Below are positions 19,835 through 30,345 of a DNA stretch of 64,000 bases, piece by piece (within the stretch, counting starts at the first letter, position 1; each line of letters opens with the position of its first letter). Where the stretch lies: contig CASFBK010000006.1 in assembly GCA_949292785.1 (NCBI GenBank), positions 220,250 to 284,249 on the forward strand. The letters are read 5' to 3'. The translations under genes were made by a program, and so were the position numbers. The notes under the pieces were generated by a model. That model had not been told where the DNA came from and did no database searches. It saw only the letters and a program-made list of their open reading frames with translations. Source of the DNA: an uncultured Eubacteriales bacterium. GTDB lineage: Bacteria; Bacillota; Clostridia; Lachnospirales; Lachnospiraceae.

Positions 19835-19860
19835 GCAGGCTGATTGCAGCCTGCTTTTTT
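19835..19860 (+). terminator. Intrinsic terminator before the adhesin gene
   Basis: GCAGGCTG-attg-CAGCCTGC-TTTTTT. Confidence 0.75.
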
Positions 19861-19888
19861 CTTGCAAAAAAATAGTCAGGAGGACATT

Positions 19889-22800
19889 ATGAAACAGAAG
19901 TTGAAAAGATGGATGGCAGGCTTGCTTGCTGTCTTAAACGTTTTTACTTCCCTGTTTACCAACGGAACAACCGCATTTGCGGCAAGCTCCAGCGCAAACA
20001 TTTCTTTCTGGTATGCTTCCACAAAGGATTCCGGGGAGGTCAGCGAGTTAAAGGCAGGCTATCAGCATGGAAAGGTACTGTATGCCATGATTGACGGGCA
20101 TTCTGCCTATTGTATGAATTTTGGTCTGGCTGCCAAAGGCGGACAGCTTATGAACAGTTATGAAAATCCGAGTACAAGTCTGAGCGACACGCAGGCTTTA
20201 TATCTAAGGTACTGCCTGTATTATGGATTTTCTTCCACAAGCACATCCGCACCGTCCAACGACCAGTGCGACCAGTACATTGCAACACAGGCAATGGTAT
20301 GGATTATTGAGAAGGGAATTTATGGGACATCCGGTGCGGATTCGGCAGCGAAAAAGCTGTGTGATACAGCACCGAACCCAGCTTCCTCTTATCAGTATTA
20401 CACAACCTTAAAAAGTAACATGGATGCAGGAATCAGCGCTGTAATTCCCAGCTTTGCCGCTTCCAGAATAAGCAAGGCATCCACCTATGAGCTGAAATGG
20501 AATGAGGAAAACCAGAGATTTGAGACAACGCTGACAGACAGCAACGGGGTGTTATCACAATTTGACCTGTCTTTAAGCGGTTATAAAACAAACAGAAACG
20601 GAAACAAGCTTACCATTTATTCCTCAGAGGTCAATACCAATGCCACAACAGGCACGTTTACTTCCAACAGCGGTAAGGTGGAAGTGACCGGAAGCTGTGT
20701 GTTCTGGCTGACAGGAGATGCCGGGGATCAGGAATTTGTTTCCGAAGTGCCGCATGGCGATCCGCTTACTGCCTATATTAAGGTAAAGACGGAAAACATC
20801 GGTTACGGAGAGCTTTATAAAAAAGATGAAGCAAGCGGGGTAAAACTGTCCGGTGCAGTTTACGGTATCTATTCCGACAGCTCCTGCACAAACCTTGTCC
20901 AGAAGATTACCACAGACAGCAACGGATATGCAAAGTCCGGGGCTTTGGTTGCCGGAACCTACTACATGAAGGAAATCAAGGCACCAAATAAGTATGTCAT
21001 CAGCAATAAGGTCCATACGCTTCTGGTACAGGCAGGAAGAACCACGACAGTAACAGCCACCGACAAGGAGCAGCTTGGAGCCATGACCATTTATAAAGAG
21101 GGAGAAGTGCTGACCGGATGGAATGGAAGCAGCTTCACTTACGAAAAAAGAAAGCTGCCGGGAGCAACCTTTAAAGTAACAGCCGGGGCAGATATTTACA
21201 AGGCTGACGGTACGCTGGTTTACCACAAAGGCGATTTAGTTGCGGAAAACCTTGTGACAGGAAGTGACGGTAAGGTTTTACTGTCTAATCTGCATTTAGG
21301 CACTTATCTGGTTACAGAGACAGCAAGTATTGACGGATATACCATCAATACCACACCGCAGACGGTAAATATCGAGTATAAGGATCAGAATGTGGAAGTG
21401 CAGTATGAAGCGACCAGCATTTACAACAACAGACAAAAGGCGTCTGTCAGCGTGACAAAGAAGGATGCAGATACGGAGAACCCGCTGGATGGCGGCAGGT
21501 ACACCCTGTATGCCGGAAATGACATCAGAAATTACGACGGAAGCATTATTGTGACAAAGGGTACAGCCTTGCAGACCGTTACCACAGGAGAGGACGGAAA
21601 TGCAGCCTTTACGGTAGATTTGCCTGTTGCCAACAGTTATTATGTTTCCGAGACACAGGCTCCGTATGGTTATATCAGAAATGCAGAGGATGTTTATACC
21701 TTCCATTTCAATTACCTTGCAGAAACAATGGAAAGCACCTCTTTTACCCATACCTTTGTAAACGACCATACCACAGCAAAGATTCATCTTTACAAGGTCG
21801 ATAAAGAAACCGGAAAAGCTGTTCCACAGGGGGATGCAAGCCTGACAGGGGCAGTATACGGTGTATATGCAAGAGAGGACATTGTACACCCGGACGGGGC
21901 AACCGGCGTACTCTTTCATGCAGGCGACCTTGTTGCCACCATTACAACCGATGAAAACGCAGAAGCAGAAATAAACAATCTCTATCTTGGAAGGTATTAC
22001 CTGAAGGAGATTCAGGCACCGGAGGGGTATCTCTTAGATGAGGAAGAACATGATGTGAACTGCGATTATGAGGGCGATCTGGTGCCGGAAGTGGCAAGAA
22101 GCACAAAGTCAGAGGAGCAGGTATACAAACAGCCATTCCAGCTTATCAAGGTATCAGACAACGGAGACGATACGGAAGCACCGACACTTGCCGGGGCAGG
22201 CTTTACTGCCTATCTGAAATCCTCCCTGACCGTAAAGGAAGATGGAAGCTATGATTTTGATAACGCACAGGCGGTTGTCATCGGCAGCAATGGAGAGACA
22301 ACACTCCTTACGGACAGCAAGGGGCATCTGGTCACACAGCCCATACCTTACGGAACCTATGTGGTAATTGAAACAGTGGTGCCGCACAATATGAAGGCGG
22401 TGAAGCCTTTTGAGGTATCCATAACAGAGAACCACCCGGCAGAGCCGCAGGTATGGAGAGTATTCATAGACAGGGAGTTTACCGCAAAGCTCCGCATTGT
22501 GAAGAAAGACAGCAAAACCGGGCAGACCGTACTTGTGCCAAATGCAGAGTTTAAGATTTTCAACATGGATACAAAAGAATATGTAATCCAGTATACCACC
22601 TATCCGACCAAAGTAAAGCATACCTCTTTCTTTACCGATGAGGATGGCGACCTGATTCTGCCGGAAACCTTAAAGCTGGGCAATTACCGCATTGAGGAAG
22701 TGGCAGCGCCAGAAGGCTATGTGGTAAATGAAAACCATGTTACCTTTGCAGTGGATACAGATACTCCTTATCAGACCGATCCCGACACCTATGAGGCAAT

Positions 22801-25246
22801 CATTACCGCAGACTATGTGGATGAGCCTGCGGTGGGAGAGCTGACAGTGGAGAAGAAAGGGGAAGTCCTGGATGCCTATAAGGGCGGTCTGTTTGCGGAC
22901 AGTGAGGAAAAGGAATTTGTCTACAAGGAAGGCAGCCTTGCCGGGGCAGAGTTTGCAGTTTACGCAGCCGAGGATATTTATACCAACGATTACCAGAAAA
23001 ACGAGAATGGAGAGCGTACAAAGTATTACAGCAGCGGAGAGCTGGTGGCAACCCTTGTGACAGGGGAAGATGGAAAAGCAGTCCTTACAGACCTTCCTCT
23101 TGGAACCTATCAGGTAGTGGAAACAAAAGCACCTTACGGATTTGTCTTAAACAGCAAGGAGCAGACCGTAACCTTTGCCTATGTGGATGACAAGACGTCT
23201 GTAATTTATGAAAGCATAACCTTTGAAAATGACAGACAAAAAGCTGACTTATCCATTGTAAAGAGCGATAAGGAGACAGGAAAAGCCATTGCCGGGGCAG
23301 AGTTTGGGTTGTATGCAGCCAGCGACATTGAAAACGCAGATGGCAAGGTAATCGTGGAAAAAGATACCCTGCTTGAAACAGCGGTTTCCGATGAGTACGG
23401 AGCTGTCAAGTTTGGAAAGGATTATCCGCTTGGAACTTACTATGCACAGGAATTAAAGGCTCCGGCTGGTTATGTGTCATCGGAGGAAATCGTGGAATTT
23501 GTTGCAGGCTATCAGGGACAGGAGGCTGAGACCATCAAGCTGGAGTCTGAATTTGTCAATACGCCGACTACGGTGGAAATCACAAAGACAGACATCACAA
23601 GCGGGGCAGAGCTGTCCGGGGCAACCCTTTCTGTGATTGATGCAGAAGGAAATGTGGTTGAGACATGGACCTCCGTTGCAGGTAAGGCACACATCATTAA
23701 AAGACTCCATGTGGGAGAGGTTTATACCCTTCGTGAAGAATTTGCACCATACGGATATTTGCAGGCAGAGGAAATCCAGTTTACCGTTGCAGATACGGAA
23801 GAATCCCAGAGCGTTGTGATGAAGGACGAAGTACCGACGGGAACCATTATGATCAACAAGGACGGTGAATTTTTATCCGACATTACGCTGGTAAAAGGAC
23901 ACTGGTATGATTTTGTGTTCGATTATTTCAAAAAGTCCCTTGCAGGCGTTACCTTTGAGGTTTACGCAGCAGAGGACATTGTAAGCCCGGACGGACTGGA
24001 TACCGTTTACTATGAGAAGGATACCCTTGTTGCGGAAATTGTAACGAATGACAAGGGAATTGCAAGCATTGAGAATCTTCCATTAGGCAGATACTATCTT
24101 GCGGAAACAAAGACCTTAGAGGGATTTGTACTGGATCAGGAGCCGATTGAGGCAGATTTATCCTATGTGGATCAGTACACAAAGGTTGTCTATGCGGGCA
24201 TGGCAGTTACCAACGAAAGACAGAGGGTACAGGTCACTGTAATCAAGACAGATGCCGATACAAAGGAAGGACTGGAGGGAGCATTGTTCGGTCTTTATGC
24301 GGCAGAGGACATCGTAAATGCAGACGGTAAGGTGGTAGTGGCAAAAGATACCCTTGTGGAAAAGGCTGTTACCGGAAAAGACGGTCAGTGTGTATTTACA
24401 GGCAATCTTCCTCTCGGACAGTATTATGTGAAGGAAATCGAGGCACCAAAGGGATATGTGCTGAATGAGGAAATCTTCAGGCTGGATGCTTCCTATCAGA
24501 GAGAAGATGTGAAAGTCATCGAACTGAGTGCAGAGTTTGAGAATTACCCGACCAGACTGGAAATTTCCAAAACAGACATTACCGGAGAGCAGGAATTAAA
24601 GGGTGCCGAACTTTCCATTATCGACAAAGACGGAAACGTGGTGGAAACATGGGTATCTGACGGAAAGCCTCATTATATTGAGCGTATTCCCTCAGGAGAA
24701 TATATCCTTCGTGAAGAAACAGCGCCTTATGGCTATAAGATTGCAAACGAAGTGAAGTTTACAGTGGAGGACACGAAAGAGCTTCAGAAGGTTGCCATGA
24801 AAGACGAGCTGGTAAAGGGTAAAATCGTTATCCAGAAAACCGATGAAGATACAGGAAAAGGCATTGCAGGTGTAGAGTTTGAAATCAGGGACAAGGACGG
24901 TAAAGTGATTGAAACCCTTGTAACAGACAAGAACGGTTATGCAGAGTCGAAGGAACTGGATATTGCAGTGTTTAAGGATGGCAATTTTGTGGAGGATATA
25001 AAATACTATGTTGTGGAAACCAAAGCAGCAGAGGGTTATATCCTTGACAGCACACCGCATGAGGTAGTATTGCAGTATGATGACGAAGCTCCGGAGATTG
25101 TGGTATACACACTGGAATTAACCAACAAGCCGACAGAGCCGAAGCTGCCACAGACAGGGGATAACATGAACCTGTGGCTGTTTGCAGGAGTTGGACTGGC
25201 TGCTGTTGTGACAGGGGTATTTGTTTTTAAGCGTAAAAAGAAATAG
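19889..25246 (+). CDS. Large sortase-anchored adhesin: thioester-like domain plus SpaA/Cna-B repeats
   Basis: Signal peptide; AYCMN and ATQAMVW (Cys-Gln thioester signature); repeated YYxKExKAPxGY Cna-B units; LPQTG, TM segment and KRKKK tail. Confidence 0.9.
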   Translation: MKQKLKRWMAGLLAVLNVFTSLFTNGTTAFAASSSANISFWYASTKDSGEVSELKAGYQHGKVLYAMIDGHSAYCMNFGLAAKGGQLMNSYENPSTSLSDTQALYLRYCLYYGFSSTSTSAPSNDQCDQYIATQAMVWIIEKGIYGTSGADSAAKKLCDTAPNPASSYQYYTTLKSNMDAGISAVIPSFAASRISKASTYELKWNEENQRFETTLTDSNGVLSQFDLSLSGYKTNRNGNKLTIYSSEVNTNATTGTFTSNSGKVEVTGSCVFWLTGDAGDQEFVSEVPHGDPLTAYIKVKTENIGYGELYKKDEASGVKLSGAVYGIYSDSSCTNLVQKITTDSNGYAKSGALVAGTYYMKEIKAPNKYVISNKVHTLLVQAGRTTTVTATDKEQLGAMTIYKEGEVLTGWNGSSFTYEKRKLPGATFKVTAGADIYKADGTLVYHKGDLVAENLVTGSDGKVLLSNLHLGTYLVTETASIDGYTINTTPQTVNIEYKDQNVEVQYEATSIYNNRQKASVSVTKKDADTENPLDGGRYTLYAGNDIRNYDGSIIVTKGTALQTVTTGEDGNAAFTVDLPVANSYYVSETQAPYGYIRNAEDVYTFHFNYLAETMESTSFTHTFVNDHTTAKIHLYKVDKETGKAVPQGDASLTGAVYGVYAREDIVHPDGATGVLFHAGDLVATITTDENAEAEINNLYLGRYYLKEIQAPEGYLLDEEEHDVNCDYEGDLVPEVARSTKSEEQVYKQPFQLIKVSDNGDDTEAPTLAGAGFTAYLKSSLTVKEDGSYDFDNAQAVVIGSNGETTLLTDSKGHLVTQPIPYGTYVVIETVVPHNMKAVKPFEVSITENHPAEPQVWRVFIDREFTAKLRIVKKDSKTGQTVLVPNAEFKIFNMDTKEYVIQYTTYPTKVKHTSFFTDEDGDLILPETLKLGNYRIEEVAAPEGYVVNENHVTFAVDTDTPYQTDPDTYEAIITADYVDEPAVGELTVEKKGEVLDAYKGGLFADSEEKEFVYKEGSLAGAEFAVYAAEDIYTNDYQKNENGERTKYYSSGELVATLVTGEDGKAVLTDLPLGTYQVVETKAPYGFVLNSKEQTVTFAYVDDKTSVIYESITFENDRQKADLSIVKSDKETGKAIAGAEFGLYAASDIENADGKVIVEKDTLLETAVSDEYGAVKFGKDYPLGTYYAQELKAPAGYVSSEEIVEFVAGYQGQEAETIKLESEFVNTPTTVEITKTDITSGAELSGATLSVIDAEGNVVETWTSVAGKAHIIKRLHVGEVYTLREEFAPYGYLQAEEIQFTVADTEESQSVVMKDEVPTGTIMINKDGEFLSDITLVKGHWYDFVFDYFKKSLAGVTFEVYAAEDIVSPDGLDTVYYEKDTLVAEIVTNDKGIASIENLPLGRYYLAETKTLEGFVLDQEPIEADLSYVDQYTKVVYAGMAVTNERQRVQVTVIKTDADTKEGLEGALFGLYAAEDIVNADGKVVVAKDTLVEKAVTGKDGQCVFTGNLPLGQYYVKEIEAPKGYVLNEEIFRLDASYQREDVKVIELSAEFENYPTRLEISKTDITGEQELKGAELSIIDKDGNVVETWVSDGKPHYIERIPSGEYILREETAPYGYKIANEVKFTVEDTKELQKVAMKDELVKGKIVIQKTDEDTGKGIAGVEFEIRDKDGKVIETLVTDKNGYAESKELDIAVFKDGNFVEDIKYYVVETKAAEGYILDSTPHEVVLQYDDEAPEIVVYTLELTNKPTEPKLPQTGDNMNLWLFAGVGLAAVVTGVFVFKRKKK

Positions 25247-25327
25247 ATAGAATAATACTTTGTAAAATGATAGAATAGCAGTAGGATGTATTATACTTAC
25301 TGCTATTCGGAAAGGAGAGGTTATTGT

Positions 25328-27271
25328 ATGTATAGCAATGAAATTGAAAGCGTTATAACAGAGTATTTGAGAAATCCTAAAGCAGAGTATGCTGTTATGA
25401 TAGATGGAGATTGGGGTTCAGGTAAAACATATTTTCTTACACATTCTTTGATTAAAATAATGGAAACTATTGATAATGGAAAGGAAAAAAGAAGAAAATA
25501 TGCGTATGTTTCCTTATATGGGGCGAAATCTATTGACGATGTATCAAAAGAAATAGTATTTCAATGTTTTGGAAAGAAGCATAAGAAAAAAGTTGAGACA
25601 GCGGACACAGTTATGGAAACGGCAAGCAATATTTTGACAGCTTCATTAGGAGTAGTAAATATAGATCTATCTAAAATAAAAGATACCTTGGCGAAAATTG
25701 ATATAAATAATTGGATAATATGCTTTGATGATTTGGAGAGATGTTGCTTACCCATAAATGAAATACTGGGATATATGAATCGTTTGGTTGAACATAATGG
25801 ATGTAAGGTAATTGTACTGGCTAATGAAAAGGAAATCGGAAAGGTTACTTTAAATCAGAGATTAGAAAATAAATATCAGGTAGTATTATCTGGAAGAAAG
25901 TTGCTATTGAATAAGGGAGATAATTCTACAAAAAATGAAGAAAACGAAGGAATAGATATTGAAAGTTTGCAGAAGAGAACAAAAATGCTATTCAACGAAG
26001 ATATATTATATAAATCAATACGAGAAAAGGTAATTGGTTTGACAATCAAATATGAACCGCAAATGGATGTTGTATATGATTCACTCATATCAGATTATAG
26101 TAATGGTGGAGAATTTAAAAAGTATTTGCAAAAAAACAAGGAAAAAGTATTAAAATATTTTGCTGAAGAAGAATGTTGTAATTTGAGAACACTTATTTGT
26201 GTGTTAGGAAGCATACAGAAGGTTTATGATGAGATGACTTCCAATAAGTATGATACAGTAAAATATTTCGATAAAATTATGGAGGTGTTTTTAAAATACA
26301 TTGTTCTGTTTACGATATATTTTAAAAATGGTGGGAAGGTGAGTGATTTGAAGTTGACAACTGAAATAGGGTATGTTCAGTTGGGGCAAGATATTTTTAG
26401 CCATACACGAGGATTCAAATGTTTAGAAAAATTCTGCACAACACTGAGTTTTTCAGAAGAAGAATTTGCAAGAGTAGTATCTGCGTTACGTCAAGAGTAT
26501 GAGGAAGAAGAAAGAAGAATAGAGAAATCTAAAGAGGGGTTAGCGCAAGCTTATGGAGAGTTAGCATATTGGTGGGAAAAGGAAGATGATGATGTTGCTA
26601 GATTGATAATCCAAATTAGAAAAGAAGTTGAACAGGATAAATACCCGTTTAATAGTTATCAAGGAATTATCGGACAATTGATGGTTTTGGAATATTGGGG
26701 CTATAATATCGGAGATATGGATGCTTTAATTGATGTTATGAATCAGAATATTGAAAGAACGGATGAAATTGTAGATATAGAAAGGTTTAGCTTTTCATTT
26801 GAAAGTAATCTATCATTACAAAATAGATATGATGAATATATTAATAAACTTAAGTTGAAAGCAGGTAATAAGAATCAAGTTATAAAGGCAAGTGAAGTAA
26901 CACAACATATGGTTTCGGAGAATTGGGCAGAAGAATTGCTTGATTATTGCGATAAGCACTTCAATGAGTTTTTGTCAAGGTATGGTTTTATTGATTTATT
27001 AGATATTGAAATGCTTTTAGAAAAGATACAGTCTGCTTCGACCAAAGAATTGTACTTGATTAAGAAGATGTTTAAAACAGTTTATAGAGCATCCAATATA
27101 AATGAATTTTTCATAAATGATAAAGAGAAAATACAAAAATTTTATGAAGCATTAAAGCAAATCAGTTTTCAAGGGATAAATAAGCCGATGGCAAAAAAAT
27201 CCTTGGAAGATTATTTGGCTGATATATTAGGACGTTTAGAAAAAGAGGATAATGTTTTTATTATTGAATAG
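25328..27271 (+). CDS. KAP-family P-loop NTPase (AT-rich cargo)
   Basis: Walker A GDWGSGKT; Walker B IICFDDLERC; VIVLANE; visibly lower GC than flanks. Confidence 0.8.
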   Translation: MYSNEIESVITEYLRNPKAEYAVMIDGDWGSGKTYFLTHSLIKIMETIDNGKEKRRKYAYVSLYGAKSIDDVSKEIVFQCFGKKHKKKVETADTVMETASNILTASLGVVNIDLSKIKDTLAKIDINNWIICFDDLERCCLPINEILGYMNRLVEHNGCKVIVLANEKEIGKVTLNQRLENKYQVVLSGRKLLLNKGDNSTKNEENEGIDIESLQKRTKMLFNEDILYKSIREKVIGLTIKYEPQMDVVYDSLISDYSNGGEFKKYLQKNKEKVLKYFAEEECCNLRTLICVLGSIQKVYDEMTSNKYDTVKYFDKIMEVFLKYIVLFTIYFKNGGKVSDLKLTTEIGYVQLGQDIFSHTRGFKCLEKFCTTLSFSEEEFARVVSALRQEYEEEERRIEKSKEGLAQAYGELAYWWEKEDDDVARLIIQIRKEVEQDKYPFNSYQGIIGQLMVLEYWGYNIGDMDALIDVMNQNIERTDEIVDIERFSFSFESNLSLQNRYDEYINKLKLKAGNKNQVIKASEVTQHMVSENWAEELLDYCDKHFNEFLSRYGFIDLLDIEMLLEKIQSASTKELYLIKKMFKTVYRASNINEFFINDKEKIQKFYEALKQISFQGINKPMAKKSLEDYLADILGRLEKEDNVFIIE

Positions 27272-27280
27272 CTATTACAT

Positions 27281-27306
27281 AAGCTGAGGAGAAATCCCCA
27301 GCTTTT
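27281..27306 (+). terminator. Terminator after the KAP gene
   Basis: AAGCTGAGGA-gaaa-TCCCCAGCTTTT. Confidence 0.6.
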
Positions 27307-27474
27307 CTATTACCCGAAACAGGGTGGAAAGGAGTAGGTGTTATGAGAATCATGCAGCGTGGTATACCACCTGATTTTAGTATAAGCTAATAGTCGTGAA
27401 AGCAAAAAAACATTTAGATACTATCTAGTAAATTTTTGAAAAAAATTTACAGACAAATAATATAGTACAAATTT

Positions 27475-27502
27475 AAGCCGAGGAAAGAATCTCGGCTTTT
27501 TT
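27475..27502 (+). terminator. Hairpin plus T-run immediately before the DUF5688 RBS
   Basis: AAGCCGAG...CTCGGCTT-TTTT. Confidence 0.65.
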
Positions 27503-27530
27503 CGTGCAAGAAGGAGGAACTTTTTATTAT

Positions 27531-28526
27531 ATGATGAACTACGAAATATTCAAGGAAGTGGTTGTGGAAAAATTGAAGGATTATCTGCCGGAGAAGTATC
27601 AGGAGATGAGACTGGAGGTTTGTACAGTAGAAAAGGTAAACCGTATGCTTGATGGAATTTCCCTGTTTGAACCAGACAAAACGACTGGAGTTTCACCAAC
27701 CATTTATATCAATGATCTGTATGAGCAGTATCAGTCGTGTGGGGACTTACAAAAGGTATTGGAGTCCACCGCTGAAACAATAGAACATTTCATGAAGAAA
27801 ATGCCGCAGATACCGTCCCTGAAATCAGTGGAGATAAAGGAAAATATTGTGTTCCAGCTTATAAACACAGAGCAGAACAGGGAAATGCTGTCCCATATGC
27901 CCCACCGGGAATTTCAGGATTTGTCCATTGTGTACCGTCTGATTGTAAAGATGGATGATGAGGGGATGCAGAACATCCCGATAAAAAATGAAGTGGCGGA
28001 AATGATTGGCTTAAATGAAGAACAGTTATTCCGTTGTGCGGTAGAAAATACAAAAAGACTTCTGCCGCCCTGCACAAAAACAATGAATGATGTCATAAAG
28101 GAATTGTTTATAAAGGACGGTATGCCGGCAGAGATGGCAGAGATAATGATTGGGGAAATGCCGGAAGATAGAGCGATGTATGTGATTACCAATGACAGGG
28201 GAGTCAACGGTGCAGCTTCCATGCTGTACGAGGATCAGCTCCATACACTTTCACAGCAGCTTGAAGATGACCTTTATATTATCCCATCATCCATCCATGA
28301 GGTTATCGCCATACCTGTAAAAGATGGCAATCCGGATGAACTGGCACAGATGGTATCGGAAGTCAACATGACACAGGTGGAGCTTGGAGACAGGCTTTCC
28401 AACCAGGTGTACCACTATGACAAGGATTTAAGAAAACTCACGCTTGCCACAGACACACCAAACAAGAGACTGGACGGGATTGTTTCGGAGCCGCCGATGA
28501 TTTATGAGGCAAAACAGTCCAGATAG
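27531..28526 (+). CDS. DUF5688-family ICE protein
   Basis: MMNYEIFKEVV, SPTIYINDLY, YIIPSSIHEVI, LSNQVYHYD. Confidence 0.75.
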   Translation: MMNYEIFKEVVVEKLKDYLPEKYQEMRLEVCTVEKVNRMLDGISLFEPDKTTGVSPTIYINDLYEQYQSCGDLQKVLESTAETIEHFMKKMPQIPSLKSVEIKENIVFQLINTEQNREMLSHMPHREFQDLSIVYRLIVKMDDEGMQNIPIKNEVAEMIGLNEEQLFRCAVENTKRLLPPCTKTMNDVIKELFIKDGMPAEMAEIMIGEMPEDRAMYVITNDRGVNGAASMLYEDQLHTLSQQLEDDLYIIPSSIHEVIAIPVKDGNPDELAQMVSEVNMTQVELGDRLSNQVYHYDKDLRKLTLATDTPNKRLDGIVSEPPMIYEAKQSR

Positions 28527-28534
28527 GAGCGTTT

Positions 28535-28669
28535 ATGGAAGAAAAGGAAAAAGAGATCAGCATGGAGGAGCTTGCCGGACTGATACAGGCGAAAGAGGGG
28601 GAGTTTATCATTCATATAGAACCGGGAGAGGAGGAAACGCATGGAGAAACAGAAGGCGTTTCAGCTTGA
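28535..28669 (+). CDS. 44-aa acidic small protein
   Basis: AGGAG RBS; MEEKEKEISMEELAGLIQAKEGEFIIHIE...; overlaps the radC start. Confidence 0.5.
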   Translation: MEEKEKEISMEELAGLIQAKEGEFIIHIEPGEEETHGETEGVSA

Positions 28670-29183
28670 TGTGGTTTCCGTAAGGATTGTAAAGGATGCG
28701 CCCCTGTTTTCAGACAGAAAAATCCAAAACCCGAAAGATGCTGTTTCCTTACTGGGGGAAATGCTGTGCGAAATGGACCGGGAAGTGGTATGCGTAATTA
28801 ACTTAAAAACAGACGGTACTCCCATTAACTGTAACATTGCAAGCATGGGAACAATCAGCCAGGCAATCGCAGAGCCGAGGGAGCTGTTTAAAAGCGCCAT
28901 TCTTTCCAATGCTGCACAGATGATTTTAGTACACAATCATCCCAGCGGTACGCTGGAACCTTCAAAGGACGATACCATAATGACAGACCGGATTTTAAAG
29001 CTGTCAGGATTTTTGGGAATCCCTCTCATCGACCATGTGATTGTAGGCGGGGATAACAGCAGATATTTCAGTTTCCGGGAAAAGGAAATGCTTATTATGC
29101 CCAAAATCACTCTGACACAGGACTATCATTATCTTGATTTTGGGCAAAAGACAATGGCGGCAGAAAAGGGAAGGGGCAGATAG
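28641..29183 (+). CDS. radC: RadC/JAB domain protein
   Basis: JAMM motif LVHNHPSGTLEPSKDD; IPLIDHVIV. Confidence 0.85.
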   Translation: MEKQKAFQLDVVSVRIVKDAPLFSDRKIQNPKDAVSLLGEMLCEMDREVVCVINLKTDGTPINCNIASMGTISQAIAEPRELFKSAILSNAAQMILVHNHPSGTLEPSKDDTIMTDRILKLSGFLGIPLIDHVIVGGDNSRYFSFREKEMLIMPKITLTQDYHYLDFGQKTMAAEKGRGR

Positions 29184-29187
29184 CGGC

Positions 29188-30156
29188 ATGGAGCAGAGAA
29201 ACAGTTTTACGAAAGAGGAGCTTGCCATAGCAAAGAGCGTGGATTTAACCGCTGTCTGCGGAAGTCTTGGCTATACCGTAAAACGGGTGGGGAATTACCA
29301 TACACTAAAAGAGATGGATTCCATACGCATTTATAACCGCAGGAGCTGGTTCCGGTGGTCAAGGCAATACGACAATGGCGAAAACGGAGGCTCGCAGATT
29401 GATTTCCTGCGTGTTTTTGCAGGCATGGAGGTAAAGGAGGCGGTGTTCTGGCTGCTGGATTTTGCAGGCTATCAGAGGAGGGCAGACTGGAATCCAAGTC
29501 CGGTCATCGTGGAAAAAAAGGAAGTGGTAAGAAAGCCTTTTATTCTTCCCCCGCCTGCCCCGGATAACCGCCTGTTGTATCAGTACCTTACGCAGGAGAG
29601 AAAGCTGTCAAAAGAGGTAGTGGATTATTTCGTAAAAACAGGACTCATCTATGAGGAGTGCCGGCACCACAACATTGTATTTAAGGGGAATGACAGGAAT
29701 GGTGTTACCCGGTTTGCAAGTATGCGTGGCGTGTTTGACCGGAACGGACATTGCTTTAAATGTGATGTGGAGGGAAACGACAAAAATTTCGGATTCCATG
29801 TGTGGTATGAAGAAAGCACAGAACTTGCGGTATTTGAAGGGGCGATTGATCTGTTGAGTTATGCAGACATTTACAATGATTTCCACAGTAACAAGCTGGC
29901 TCTTGGGATGGTATCGGATGCTCCTCTTGTGACATTTTTACAGGAACACCCGCAGATTCAGGGCATAAAATTCTGTCTGGATAATGACGGACCGGGCAGA
30001 AAAGCGGCAGAGCAGCTCATGGAAAAGTATTACGGAATGGGTTATGAGGTAGACGACTGTCCCCCGCCCAAAAACTACAAGGATTACAACCAGTGGTTAC
30101 AGGAAGCAAGGAAAGAAAATTTGCAGATGGAAAGCCGGAAGGCAGTGGTGCGGTAG
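29188..30156 (+). CDS. DUF3991 plus TOPRIM (primase-like) protein
   Basis: GGSQIDF, YLTQERKL, VFEGAIDLLSY, CLDNDGPG. Confidence 0.82.
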   Translation: MEQRNSFTKEELAIAKSVDLTAVCGSLGYTVKRVGNYHTLKEMDSIRIYNRRSWFRWSRQYDNGENGGSQIDFLRVFAGMEVKEAVFWLLDFAGYQRRADWNPSPVIVEKKEVVRKPFILPPPAPDNRLLYQYLTQERKLSKEVVDYFVKTGLIYEECRHHNIVFKGNDRNGVTRFASMRGVFDRNGHCFKCDVEGNDKNFGFHVWYEESTELAVFEGAIDLLSYADIYNDFHSNKLALGMVSDAPLVTFLQEHPQIQGIKFCLDNDGPGRKAAEQLMEKYYGMGYEVDDCPPPKNYKDYNQWLQEARKENLQMESRKAVVR

Positions 30157-30159
30157 GAG

Positions 30160-30335
30160 CAACTGAAAAAGTCAACGCAATCAGAGAAATTCAACTGAAA
30201 AAGCAGACTTAAAGTGGAAAAAGCAACTGAAAAAATGAGTTGAAATTTTTTCCGGGCAGTTTGCAGGCAGGGCAGGAAAAGAAAAGCGGACTGAAAAAGT
30301 CAACTGAAAAACGGAAAGTCAACGGAAAAAGTAAA
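30160..30335 (+). repeat. Iteron-like direct repeats of CAACTGAAAAA
   Basis: Exact copies at 30160, 30192, 30224 (32-bp period) and 30301; variants near 30289 and 30320. Confidence 0.8.
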
Positions 30336-30345
30336 CTTATTTCCA

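Noticed and set aside
30160-30335. Repeat array as a CRISPR
   Set aside because: The 11-bp units and ~21-bp gaps are too short and irregular, and there are no cas genes; better read as iterons
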